This document shows, one piece after another, positions 27,648 through 36,721 of a stretch of 41,200 nucleotides of DNA. The notes beneath the pieces are model-generated. The model was not told where the DNA came from and did no database searches. It was given only the letters and a program-made list of their open reading frames with translations. Position numbers and translations under genes: made by a program. The stretch lies in UHGV virus genome UHGV-0210649; one strand, given 5' to 3'. Positions within the stretch are counted from its first letter, which is position 1; every line of letters starts with the position of its first letter. Source of the DNA: a virus.

Positions 27648-30170
27648 ATGAATTATAAAGAATTTTTAGAATCAAAAATAGAACTTGCAACAGAGAGCGG
27701 ATTCATAGTGGATCCTGCAGATATTAATCCGGCATTAAAGCCACATCAGAGGGATGCGGTAAGGTGGGCATTAAAAGGTGGCAGGCGTGCATTGTTTGAG
27801 TCGTTTGGTCTGGGAAAGACCATACAGGAAATTGAATTCTGCTATCAGGCAGTTAAGCATTGCGGTGGCAGGGCATTGATTGTACTTCCACTTGGAGTAA
27901 AACAGGAATTCACGCGGGATGCAGTAGAGATTCTTGGATATGATCAGCCGGAGTACTGCCGGACGATGGAAGAGGTGGAAAAGTGCCGGTCCCGGATTGT
28001 TTTGACGAATTACGAGAGAGTACGTGACGGAGACATCCGGCCAGAGTATTTCGCGGCAACCTCACTGGATGAAGCCAGTGTTTTACGGAGTTTTGGAAGT
28101 AAAACCTATCAGACGTTCCTTGATAAATTTAAAAATGTTCCATACAAGCTAGTTGCTACCGCAACTCCTTCCCCAAACCGGTATAAGGAGCTGATTCATT
28201 ATGCTGGGTACCTAGAGGTGATGGATACCGGACAGGCCTTAACAAGATTCTTTCAAAGAGACAGTACCAAGGCAAATAACCTGACCTTATATCCCAATAT
28301 GGAAGATGAGTTCTGGATGTGGGTAAGCAGCTGGGCGTTGTTTGTAACGAAACCATCTGATCTTAACCCAGAGTATTCTGACGAAGGCTATGATCTGCCG
28401 CCTCTGGATGTGAGGTGGGTGGAAATACCGGTACACTATGGAGATACTGCAGATCGTGACGGGCAGATACAGTTGTTTCAGGAAGCAGCAGAGGGGTTAA
28501 AAGAAGCGGCAGCCGTTAAGCGGGAAAGTATCGACCAGCGCGTGGCTGAAATGAAACGGATTGTTGAGGAATCACCGGAAGATCATTTCCTATTATGGCA
28601 CGATCTGGAAAATGAACGGAATGCAATCAAGAAAGCATTGCCAGAAACAGTAGATATTTATGGATCTATGAATTATGACGAACGAGAGAAGCGAGTGATT
28701 GATTTTTCTAATGGAAAGTGCCGGTTGTTTGCAACCAAGAAGTCACTGTCAGGATCCGGTTGCAATTTTCAAAGATATTGCCATAAGGAAATCTTTTTAG
28801 GTATCGATTATGAATTTAATGATTTCATACAGGCAGTGCACCGGTGTTACCGATTTTTACAGAAAGAACCGGTTGTGATCTACATCATTTACATGGAGAA
28901 TGAGCGGCAGATCAAGGAAGCATTGATTGAAAAGTGGAAAAATCATAATTACATGGTTGCGAAGATGATTGAGATTGTAAAGAAGTACGGATTGAACTCT
29001 GCCAATAAGGTGGAACGACTGGAAAGGAAAATGGGAGTGGAAGGAAGCAGAGAAGAACGGACAGTAAAGGGAACCTATTACACAGCGGTTTATGGGGACT
29101 GCGTAGAAGAAACACGGGAAATGGAGAGTAACAGCGTTGATCTGATCCATACCTCGATCCCGTTCGGAAATCATTATGAGTACAGTGCCAATTATAATGA
29201 CTTCGGACATAACCAGAATACGGAACGTTTCTTTGAACAGATGGATTACCTGACACCGGAACTGCTCCGTATTTTAAAACCGGGAAGAGTGGCAGCTATT
29301 CATGTTAAAGACAGGGTGCTCTTCGGTAATGTGACCGGAACCGGCTTTCCTACGATGGAACCCTTTCATGCAGCCTGCATCAGCCATTATATGAAGCATG
29401 GTTTCCAATATTTTGGAATGATAACGGTAGTAACGGATGTGGTTCGTGAAAATAACCAGACTTATCGATTGGGATGGTCGGACTGCTGCAAGGACGGAAC
29501 CAAGATGGGAGTGGGGTGTCCGGAATATATCCTGCTTTTCCGGAAACAGCAGACAGATCACTCAAAGGGATTTGCGGATGAGAGGGTAACCAAGTCAAAA
29601 GAAGAATATACCCGTGCACAATGGCAGATCGATGCTCATGGATACTGGCGAAGCTCTGGAGATCGGCTTGTCAGCAAAAAGGAACTGGAAAGTATCTCAG
29701 TTGATAATCTGCAGTCTGTATACCGGAAATATAGCCGTGAGAATGTATACAGTTATGAGGAACATGTAGCACTTGCAAAGAAACTGGATGAAGATGGAAA
29801 ACTTCCGGCAACGTTTATGGTCGTTGCTCCGGGATCATGGAACCAGATGGAAGTGTGGGACGATATTAACCGGATGCGTACTCTGAATACCACGCAGAGC
29901 CGTAGAAGGGCACAGATGCACGTCTGTCCGTTGCAGTTGGACATCGTAGAGCGGATCATTAACCGTTATAGCAATCCGGGAGAAGTTGTTTTGGATCCTT
30001 TTGGTGGTCTTATGACAGTACCCATGACCGCTGTAAAGATGAACCGCATGGGATATGGCATTGAACTGAATCCGGATTACTTCCGGGATGGCGTGGGTTA
30101 TCTGCAGGCTGCAGAAAACGAGATTGATGAGCCTACGTTGTTTGATTTCATGCCGGAGGTGATGCCATGA
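27648..30170 (+). CDS. SNF2-like helicase fused to an N6/N4 DNA methyltransferase
   Basis: FGLGKT, LDEAS, TATPSPN, QAVHRCYRF; then GDC, SVDLIHTSIPF, H.CPLQ, VLDPFGG, GIELN. Confidence 0.9.
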   Translation: MNYKEFLESKIELATESGFIVDPADINPALKPHQRDAVRWALKGGRRALFESFGLGKTIQEIEFCYQAVKHCGGRALIVLPLGVKQEFTRDAVEILGYDQPEYCRTMEEVEKCRSRIVLTNYERVRDGDIRPEYFAATSLDEASVLRSFGSKTYQTFLDKFKNVPYKLVATATPSPNRYKELIHYAGYLEVMDTGQALTRFFQRDSTKANNLTLYPNMEDEFWMWVSSWALFVTKPSDLNPEYSDEGYDLPPLDVRWVEIPVHYGDTADRDGQIQLFQEAAEGLKEAAAVKRESIDQRVAEMKRIVEESPEDHFLLWHDLENERNAIKKALPETVDIYGSMNYDEREKRVIDFSNGKCRLFATKKSLSGSGCNFQRYCHKEIFLGIDYEFNDFIQAVHRCYRFLQKEPVVIYIIYMENERQIKEALIEKWKNHNYMVAKMIEIVKKYGLNSANKVERLERKMGVEGSREERTVKGTYYTAVYGDCVEETREMESNSVDLIHTSIPFGNHYEYSANYNDFGHNQNTERFFEQMDYLTPELLRILKPGRVAAIHVKDRVLFGNVTGTGFPTMEPFHAACISHYMKHGFQYFGMITVVTDVVRENNQTYRLGWSDCCKDGTKMGVGCPEYILLFRKQQTDHSKGFADERVTKSKEEYTRAQWQIDAHGYWRSSGDRLVSKKELESISVDNLQSVYRKYSRENVYSYEEHVALAKKLDEDGKLPATFMVVAPGSWNQMEVWDDINRMRTLNTTQSRRRAQMHVCPLQLDIVERIINRYSNPGEVVLDPFGGLMTVPMTAVKMNRMGYGIELNPDYFRDGVGYLQAAENEIDEPTLFDFMPEVMP

Positions 30171-30505
30171 TTCAGTGCGATGGGCAGCTAAGTTTTATGG
30201 ATTTGCTCACTGCAACAACGAATGATTTTAAACCGGGAGACTGGATTGAAAAAGAGAATGTCGGTGAGCAGCTTACCTTTGACCAGATCACGCAGATGGT
30301 AAATCAGTTGATCATTATGGATATGAGCACTGTGTCCCACGAGTGGTATAAGGTTGTGATGGTCGAGCGGATTGTTATGGTCGAAAATAACACGCAACGC
30401 AGGCTTGTGTATTACGACGGGGGAAAACAGCGTGGGATGGTCAATGAGATGTATTTTGACGAGACAATGCGATTCCCGGCAAGGGCGTACAGGTTAAAAG
30501 GATAG
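30167..30505 (+). CDS. Hypothetical protein
   Basis: ATGA coupling; GQLSFMD motif. Confidence 0.55.
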   Translation: MIQCDGQLSFMDLLTATTNDFKPGDWIEKENVGEQLTFDQITQMVNQLIIMDMSTVSHEWYKVVMVERIVMVENNTQRRLVYYDGGKQRGMVNEMYFDETMRFPARAYRLKG

Positions 30506-30531
30506 CAGACCGAGCAACTCTTCATAGAAAT

Positions 30532-30564
30532 AGAAAGAGCCGCCCCTGGGTGGCGACTCTCTCT
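30532..30564. terminator. Hairpin between convergent genes
   Basis: agaaagagccgcc-cctgggt-ggcgactctctct. Confidence 0.5.
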
Positions 30565-30565
30565 A

Positions 30566-30709
30566 TTAACGTGAAAGAATATAGAACGCTTTCACGTCGT
30601 CACCGTTGGTATCTTGATATTCTTCAACCGCGGATGTGATGGCAGTACCATCAGGGTTTTCTGCGGCTAGGCGAAAAATATCAGTGATATCTAACTGTAA
30701 CCTTTCCAT
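30566..30709 (-). CDS. Small acidic protein (47 aa), autonomous antisense cassette, absent from ORF track
   Basis: MERLQLDITDIFRLAAENPDGTAITSAVEEYQDTNGDDVKAFYILSR; RBS GAAAGGAG. Confidence 0.65.
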   Translation of the reverse strand: MERLQLDITDIFRLAAENPDGTAITSAVEEYQDTNGDDVKAFYILSR

Positions 30710-30793
30710 ATAATCATCTCCTTTCTACAAAAATAATGGTTTTCCCAGAAATATGTACACAAAAGAAGAAAATCAGATTATACGGACAAATAA

Positions 30794-30822
30794 ATTATAC
30801 ATCTCAATAAAATAATTATCAA
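30794..30822 (-). promoter_or_regulatory. Sigma-A promoter for the 47-aa gene
   Basis: TTGATA-17 bp-TATAAT on the minus strand. Confidence 0.6.
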
Positions 30823-30877
30823 ACTGTAAAGAACATCATTGGTCGATAAATATCGACAAAATTAAAGGAGGAGCAAT

Positions 30878-31609
30878 ATGTCAGTAAAGCCAATATTATT
30901 CAATACAGAAATGGTTCGGGCAATTCTTGAAGGTAGAAAGAGCTGCACGAGACGAATGGTAAAACCCCAACCAGATGAAAAGCATACATACCCGCTCGGT
31001 TTTGTTACCGACAGTACAGAAAAGAAAGAGGTAGGATGCTTTGGATTTGGTATTGATGAGTACGGCGGTTCTATTCAGTATGTAAAGCCGCCGTATGAGC
31101 CGGGAGACATCCTCTATGTTCGAGAAACCGTATGGCAGAAAATAGGGTTTTATTTGGACGTTGATGGAGAGACAAAACCGTCATGGTATAACGAATTTAG
31201 GTATGTCGTTTCAGATAAAAAGCCGGAAACAGGGTGGAATTATAGTTGGGCTAAACGTCCATCTATCCATATGCCGAAAGAAGCAGCGCGTATCTGGCTC
31301 AAGGTTACGGATGTGAGAGTGGAACGGTTGCAGGAGATTGACGAGTATGGAGTGTGGGATGAAGGATTTAAATTTAAACCGCCATGCTTAACCAGAGTAT
31401 CAGCAGATGGACATACTTGCGAGTTAGATGGTCCATGTATGAGCAGTATTAAATATTGCGACATGACTATGGGAGAGTTGTTTGGTAGGGAATTGTGGAA
31501 CAGCACCATTAAGAAATCCGACCTTGACCGTTACGGATGGGATGCAAACCCGTGGGTGTGGGTCGTAGAATTTGAGCGGTGTGAAAAGCCAGAAGATAAT
31601 CAAAATTAA
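30878..31609 (+). CDS. Conserved phage protein (ASCH/PUA-like)
   Basis: KPILFNTEMVRAIL.GRK..TRR, GDILYVRET, PSIHMP..AARIWL.VTDVRVERLQ, NPWVWV.EF. Confidence 0.7.
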   Translation: MSVKPILFNTEMVRAILEGRKSCTRRMVKPQPDEKHTYPLGFVTDSTEKKEVGCFGFGIDEYGGSIQYVKPPYEPGDILYVRETVWQKIGFYLDVDGETKPSWYNEFRYVVSDKKPETGWNYSWAKRPSIHMPKEAARIWLKVTDVRVERLQEIDEYGVWDEGFKFKPPCLTRVSADGHTCELDGPCMSSIKYCDMTMGELFGRELWNSTIKKSDLDRYGWDANPWVWVVEFERCEKPEDNQN

Positions 31610-31623
31610 AGGAGTGGCAAGAG

Positions 31624-31866
31624 ATGAAAATTGAATGTTTGAATTTAAGGCCTTGCAAATGTAAAGGAGAAAATTATCTGTTTCATTGTTGGGAACATTT
31701 TTCAGAGATTGTGGAACCATCACCATTGAAGGGTGGACATTGTGGTGGAGTAATTGGTTGTACTTTTGGAATTGTGGAAGATGAAAACGGAAAAGTTTTT
31801 CGTGTTCCTGCATATGAAATTACATTCACTGATAATAAGTTTAGAGAATATTGTTTTGTAGATTAA
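31624..31866 (+). CDS. Hypothetical protein
   Basis: LFHCW...GIVEDENG.V...I.F.D. Confidence 0.55.
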   Translation: MKIECLNLRPCKCKGENYLFHCWEHFSEIVEPSPLKGGHCGGVIGCTFGIVEDENGKVFRVPAYEITFTDNKFREYCFVD

Positions 31867-31894
31867 AATTAAAGTTTAGTGGAGGAATGACAAT

Positions 31895-32329
31895 ATGAAA
31901 AGACTTACAGTTTATAAGCCGGCATCAGATATGAACATGGTAGAGCTTGCACATAATTGCTGCTATGTAAAGGATAGAAATGCAAGATACAGAGATTTTG
32001 AAATGGATATGGATGCCAGAGATTTTGCAAGAAATCTCATGACCACATTAACAGGAGACGACCTGCCGACAGATGATGATGATTTTGATGAAGAGATAAT
32101 GGAAAATCTTCAATATGATCCATTTGAATCTGTAACGGGACTGATTGCTTTATTCTACAGAAATTTGTGGGCAATGGCAGATTTAAGGGAAACACTTAAA
32201 TCTTACGAAGATGCGAAAGATAAGATAGAATCCAGGATAAACGATATTAAAAATTCTTCTGATTTTCCGCATAATTTTAAAGGTCAAATGGTAGAAAATC
32301 TGGAATGGGTTTTAAAACAACTAAACTGA
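31895..32329 (+). CDS. Hypothetical protein
   Basis: RBS GGAGG; 144 aa. Confidence 0.55.
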   Translation: MKRLTVYKPASDMNMVELAHNCCYVKDRNARYRDFEMDMDARDFARNLMTTLTGDDLPTDDDDFDEEIMENLQYDPFESVTGLIALFYRNLWAMADLRETLKSYEDAKDKIESRINDIKNSSDFPHNFKGQMVENLEWVLKQLN

Positions 32330-32349
32330 AATTTAGGGAGGAAAAGCAA

Positions 32350-32598
32350 ATGGTACATAATCTGAAAATATTAGATGATTTTGCGGATGCGGTTTATATG
32401 AAAGATAAGACATTTGGAATCAGGGAGAATGACAGAGGATTTCAAAAGGGGGATTATATTAGATTCCAGGCGATAGGAAAAGATGGACTTCCGATCAAGC
32501 ACGGTATAAATGATAAGGAGTATAGAATCACTTATGTTTTAAGTGGATGGGGTTTGAAGAATGGATATGTAGCTTTGGGACTTGAAGAAGCAGACTGA
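32350..32598 (+). CDS. DUF3850/ASCH-domain protein
   Basis: H.LKI...F..AV....KTF.IR.NDR.F.KGD; ITYVL...GL..GYV.L. Confidence 0.75.
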   Translation: MVHNLKILDDFADAVYMKDKTFGIRENDRGFQKGDYIRFQAIGKDGLPIKHGINDKEYRITYVLSGWGLKNGYVALGLEEAD

Positions 32599-32818
32599 AA
32601 TAAGAGGATATAATAACAAAACGCCCTGCCGGGACGAATCCACAACAGAACGTTTGTTTGGGATAAACAAATAATACCATGACAGGAAATATCTGTCAAT
32701 GGTCTGTTACATAAAAATTGCGGTACACCCACCGACCAAAGTAGATTGTACCGCATCACGTCTAAGGATATTATAGCAGATGCGCTGTCCTTAGGCAAGA
32801 GAATGTGGAGGATGTCCT

Positions 32819-33835
32819 ATGACAGCAAAAGAGAAGGTAAGAAATGACGTTTTGTTACAGATGAGAAACCATGTAGATGCAATGACGTTGGATGTATTGG
32901 AGGATGTGATTACCAGAGTCCTTGCAGGGGTTGAGGTTGTGGAGATCGAGAGTCTTCCGACAACGATAGACGATAGCAATGCTTATGTCTGGGAATTGTT
33001 TATGCTAAAGAAAGCACCGAAGCTGTCTGAAAAGACCGTGAAGCGATACCAGGATATTGTAATGCGCTTTATAGATCAGTGCCATAAATCATTTCTGAAA
33101 GTGACCAGTATGGATGTAGAACTGTATCTGTCTAAGATCAGCAGAGACAATAATGAGACTTCACTGGATGGCCAGCGCCGGTGCTTATCCGCTTTCTTTA
33201 CCTGGATGCGTAAATCACACCTGATCGTGGAAAATCCCTGTGATGCAATTGAGCCATATAAGACCATCGAGAAACCTATAGACCACATGGAGCCGGAAGA
33301 GGTAGAGCAGCTTAAGACCGGCTGCAAGAATAAGCGTGATCGGGCGCTGATCGAGTTCTTACGTTCTACGGCTGTGAGAGTCGGAGAGGCGGAACAGGTG
33401 CGTGTCTGCGATATTGACTGGCGTACTGGTGAAGTGTCTGTATATGGAGAGAAGTCCAGACGATACAGGACAGCGTTTTTGGATAGTGTAGCAATTAAGT
33501 ATGTAACGGACTGGATCAAGACACGTGGGATTCAGTTTAACAGTAAAGAGGCACTGTTTACGGCGATCAGAGGCGATAAGCATAAGGGCATTAACCGGCA
33601 GAGCATCCGATCATCTGTTTATGCGATCAAAAAGCGGGCACAGATGGAGAGGCGCGTGTATCCGCACCTGTTCCGGAAGACTACCGCAACCAATATCACT
33701 AAGAGAGGCGGCTCCGTGCATGATGCCGGAGAGTATATTGGCCATAAGGACAACAGTACGGCTGCGAGGTTCTATACCTTTGTGGGGAAAGACCATACAG
33801 AGGAGATTTTTAAAAAGTATGTGGCTATTGTGTGA
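32819..33835 (+). CDS. Tyrosine recombinase (XerC/D-like), the second recombinase
   Basis: RDRALIEFL.STAVR.GE (R), GEK (K), HLFRKT (HxxR), IGH, ARFY (Y). Confidence 0.92.
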   Translation: MTAKEKVRNDVLLQMRNHVDAMTLDVLEDVITRVLAGVEVVEIESLPTTIDDSNAYVWELFMLKKAPKLSEKTVKRYQDIVMRFIDQCHKSFLKVTSMDVELYLSKISRDNNETSLDGQRRCLSAFFTWMRKSHLIVENPCDAIEPYKTIEKPIDHMEPEEVEQLKTGCKNKRDRALIEFLRSTAVRVGEAEQVRVCDIDWRTGEVSVYGEKSRRYRTAFLDSVAIKYVTDWIKTRGIQFNSKEALFTAIRGDKHKGINRQSIRSSVYAIKKRAQMERRVYPHLFRKTTATNITKRGGSVHDAGEYIGHKDNSTAARFYTFVGKDHTEEIFKKYVAIV

Positions 33836-33885
33836 TATAGAAGATGAAGATATAATCATAATATCAATGACATGGAGGAAATTAT

Positions 33886-34386
33886 ATGTTAAAAACGTTA
33901 CAAGTGTTGTGTGATAATGGGCTGATAGTTGGAATTATTAGTGGAATAATTAGCAGTATTATAGTGACACAGGGATATAGAATGCTGGATAAAAAGAGAG
34001 AACGTTTTCTTTATTTAAACAGAATTTATATTTATATAAAAGGATTGCGTTCAAAGTTATCGTTGTATGAAAATGGAGAAATCAGCGATGAATATATAGT
34101 GAATATATACAATTATTTAGTGCAAACAGAATTACCCAAAAAAGAGTCGTGGGTTCGGCTTCATTCTAAAGAGAAAAAAGTAACAAACGATTTTAAAAAG
34201 TTGTTCGAAAATACTCAAAGAAAAGTGTATGAATGCAAATTTGATATAGATAGCATCAAATCAGAGAAAAACGATCTGCGGAGCAGTGTAGACAAGTTGA
34301 AAAATGAAGTGATAATATATGCGATGGAAGCATTTAGAATAGAAACAGAACTTGCGAGTATTGTAAGTGAATACTACAAATATTGA
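33886..34386 (+). CDS. Low-GC membrane-anchored accessory protein (moron)
   Basis: N-terminal IVGIISGIISSIIV TM segment; AT-rich. Confidence 0.6.
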   Translation: MLKTLQVLCDNGLIVGIISGIISSIIVTQGYRMLDKKRERFLYLNRIYIYIKGLRSKLSLYENGEISDEYIVNIYNYLVQTELPKKESWVRLHSKEKKVTNDFKKLFENTQRKVYECKFDIDSIKSEKNDLRSSVDKLKNEVIIYAMEAFRIETELASIVSEYYKY

Positions 34387-34406
34387 TTGTTTTTATGGAA
34401 CATATG

Positions 34407-34435
34407 TTGCAAGTAGAACAAATAACAGATATAAT
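34407..34435 (+). promoter_or_regulatory. Sigma-A promoter upstream of terS (candidate late promoter)
   Basis: TTGCAA-17 bp-TATAAT. Confidence 0.7.
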
Positions 34436-34447
34436 TTAATTATATAG

Positions 34448-34501
34448 TAGCGCCTAAGAGCCAATATGTGGAGAAATCCATGTATTGGCTCTTTTTGTTT
34501 T
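34448..34501 (+). terminator. Leader terminator carrying the AG(A/C)GCC tandem motif, between the promoter and terS
   Basis: tagcgcctaagagcca; hairpin aagagccaatatgtgga-gaaa-tccatgtattggctctt followed by tttgtttt. Confidence 0.78.
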
Positions 34502-34523
34502 ATCAGAGAAAGGAAGTGAGATA

Positions 34524-35369
34524 GTGGAGAATTACCAGAAAGCAGAGCAGGACTATAAGGCAGGAATGAAATATAAAGACATAGCAGAAAAGTATGGGAC
34601 CACTATCAACACTGTCAAGAGTTGGAAAAAGAGGTATGCATGGAGTAGAGAAGAGGGTGCACACAAAACAGAAAAAGTGTGCACACAAAAAAGTAAGGGC
34701 GCACACAAGAAGGCAGCACTTATAGATGATGGTACGAAAGGGACATTAAAGAACGATGACTTAACGCCGGAACAGCAGATGTTCTGTATATATTACAGTA
34801 GAACTTTCAATGCAACGCAGAGTTATATTAATGCGTATAGATGTCAATACAGCACGGCACTCACAAATGGGCCTGCGTTACTCGGAAATACTCGGATAAA
34901 AAATGAAATTGAACGTTTGAAAGAAGTCAAGCGTCAGCAGATAGTAGCCGGTGCAGATGATATTGTGGAATTGCAGATGCGGATTGCCTTTGCTGATATG
35001 GGTAATTATCTATCGTTCGGGCAAAAAGAGATTACGGATCCTGATACAGGAGAGAACTTCATGGTAAGTACGGTTGATTTGAAAGAATCCGGGAATACAG
35101 ATACACAGTTAATCCATGAGGTAAAGCGTGGTAAAGATGGCGTGTCTGTAAAGTTGGCAGATAAGCAAAAAGCGATTGACTGGCTTACAAAATACTTCCT
35201 GATGCATCCGGAGAGTAAATATAAAGCAGAATATGAGCGCAAGCGTGCAGAGGTCAAGGATAATGCAGGAGAGGAGATCCTTAAGAATATGCAGACTATA
35301 GCAGACATATTAAAGAATCCGGCAGCCAATCGCAGGATAGAAGATTTTGAGGAGAAAGAAAATGAATAG
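34524..35369 (+). CDS. terS: Terminase small subunit
   Basis: G.KYKDIAEKYG.TINTVKSWK.RY.W HTH; LT..Q..FC.YY...FNATQSY..AY; GVSVKL.DK.KA; GTG start at 34524. Confidence 0.9.
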   Translation: MENYQKAEQDYKAGMKYKDIAEKYGTTINTVKSWKKRYAWSREEGAHKTEKVCTQKSKGAHKKAALIDDGTKGTLKNDDLTPEQQMFCIYYSRTFNATQSYINAYRCQYSTALTNGPALLGNTRIKNEIERLKEVKRQQIVAGADDIVELQMRIAFADMGNYLSFGQKEITDPDTGENFMVSTVDLKESGNTDTQLIHEVKRGKDGVSVKLADKQKAIDWLTKYFLMHPESKYKAEYERKRAEVKDNAGEEILKNMQTIADILKNPAANRRIEDFEEKENE

Positions 35370-36711
35370 ACCGGCGCCGTTCAGTGAACGACAGTATCAA
35401 TACTTCCTCAGGTGTATGGATAGCTGGTTTAATGTGGCAGAGGGAGGCAAACGTGGTGGTAAGAACGTGTTACAGACACTTATATTCTGCTCTCTGTTGG
35501 AAACCCATAAGAATAAAATCCATTTGGTTGCGGGAGTATCAAATGCAACGGCAAAACTGAATATTTTAGACTGCGATGGATACGGCCTGCTGAATTACTT
35601 TGAGGGAAGATGCCGAGAGGGGAAGTATAAGGACCGTGATTGTGTGTATGTACAGACCAAGACCGGAGAGAAGGTTGTCCTTGTGTCCGGTGGAGGTAAA
35701 GACGGAGATGAGAAGCTGATAAAGGGTAATACCTACGGCATGGCGTATGTGACGGAGGCAAATGAATGTCACCAAAAGTTTCTAAAGGAGGTATTTGACC
35801 GTACATTGTCCAGTACGGATCGGAAGGTATTTCATGATCTAAATCCTAAGGAAGAAGAGCATTGGTACTATACGGATATTCTTAAATTCCATGAGGATCA
35901 GCAGGAACTACATTCGGATTATGGATATAATTACGGCCACTTTACGCTGGTAGATAACATGAGCATGTCGGATGAAAAGATAAAAGCTGTGCTGCTTACA
36001 TACAACAAAGGAACAGTCTGGTACCGCCGTGATATTAAGGGAGATCGAGCAGTTGCAGAGGGAACTATCTTTCAGAGATTTGCAGATAATAATGAACCAT
36101 ACTTATATGATGATGCAGATATATTTGAGGAGTATACAGAGGATGGAGAAGTAAAGTACAGGCTGAAAAAGACACCGTTCAAGATAACGATGGGTGTTGA
36201 CTTCGGTGGTAATGGTTCTATGACAACATTCGTTCTCAAACTGTACTTTAACAGATACCATGACTTGCGGACGGCAGAAGAGGATCATATCCCACTATCA
36301 AAGGACATTGATGCGGATAGGATATGCGATAAATTTGTGGAGTTTTATCGTATGTGCATAGAGAAGTACGGGCGCGTTGATTGGGTGTTTCCAGATAGCG
36401 CCAGTACAACTATGATAAACAGTTTGAGGAGTGCTGCCAAGAAAGCAGGACTCCCATATCGGAATATCAAGGGATGCCGGAAGAATGAAATCTCGGACCG
36501 CCCAAAGACGGAAGATAAGCTATTTAATACTGGCAGACTTAAGATTAATCGACGATGTGAATACCTTCGGAAAGCGATAGGCAATTTGAAGTGGGACGAA
36601 GATCATCCGGATCGACCGGAGGATAAGAACATCGGTAACTGCAACGACTGGTGGGATGCAGAGTGCTATACATGGCTTGATTTTGTGGAACTGATAGATT
36701 TAGACAGATAA
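35362..36711 (+). CDS. terL: Terminase large subunit
   Basis: EGGKRGGK Walker A, YVTEAN Walker B, DLNP, GVDFGG nuclease motif, D.WDA. Confidence 0.92.
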   Translation: MNRPAPFSERQYQYFLRCMDSWFNVAEGGKRGGKNVLQTLIFCSLLETHKNKIHLVAGVSNATAKLNILDCDGYGLLNYFEGRCREGKYKDRDCVYVQTKTGEKVVLVSGGGKDGDEKLIKGNTYGMAYVTEANECHQKFLKEVFDRTLSSTDRKVFHDLNPKEEEHWYYTDILKFHEDQQELHSDYGYNYGHFTLVDNMSMSDEKIKAVLLTYNKGTVWYRRDIKGDRAVAEGTIFQRFADNNEPYLYDDADIFEEYTEDGEVKYRLKKTPFKITMGVDFGGNGSMTTFVLKLYFNRYHDLRTAEEDHIPLSKDIDADRICDKFVEFYRMCIEKYGRVDWVFPDSASTTMINSLRSAAKKAGLPYRNIKGCRKNEISDRPKTEDKLFNTGRLKINRRCEYLRKAIGNLKWDEDHPDRPEDKNIGNCNDWWDAECYTWLDFVELIDLDR

Positions 36712-36721
36712 GGAGAATGAC

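Noticed and set aside
30536..30545. AAGAGCCG as a fifth copy of the late motif
   Set aside because: Lacks the tandem unit and the final A, lies in the early region, and is explained as the terminator of convergent genes
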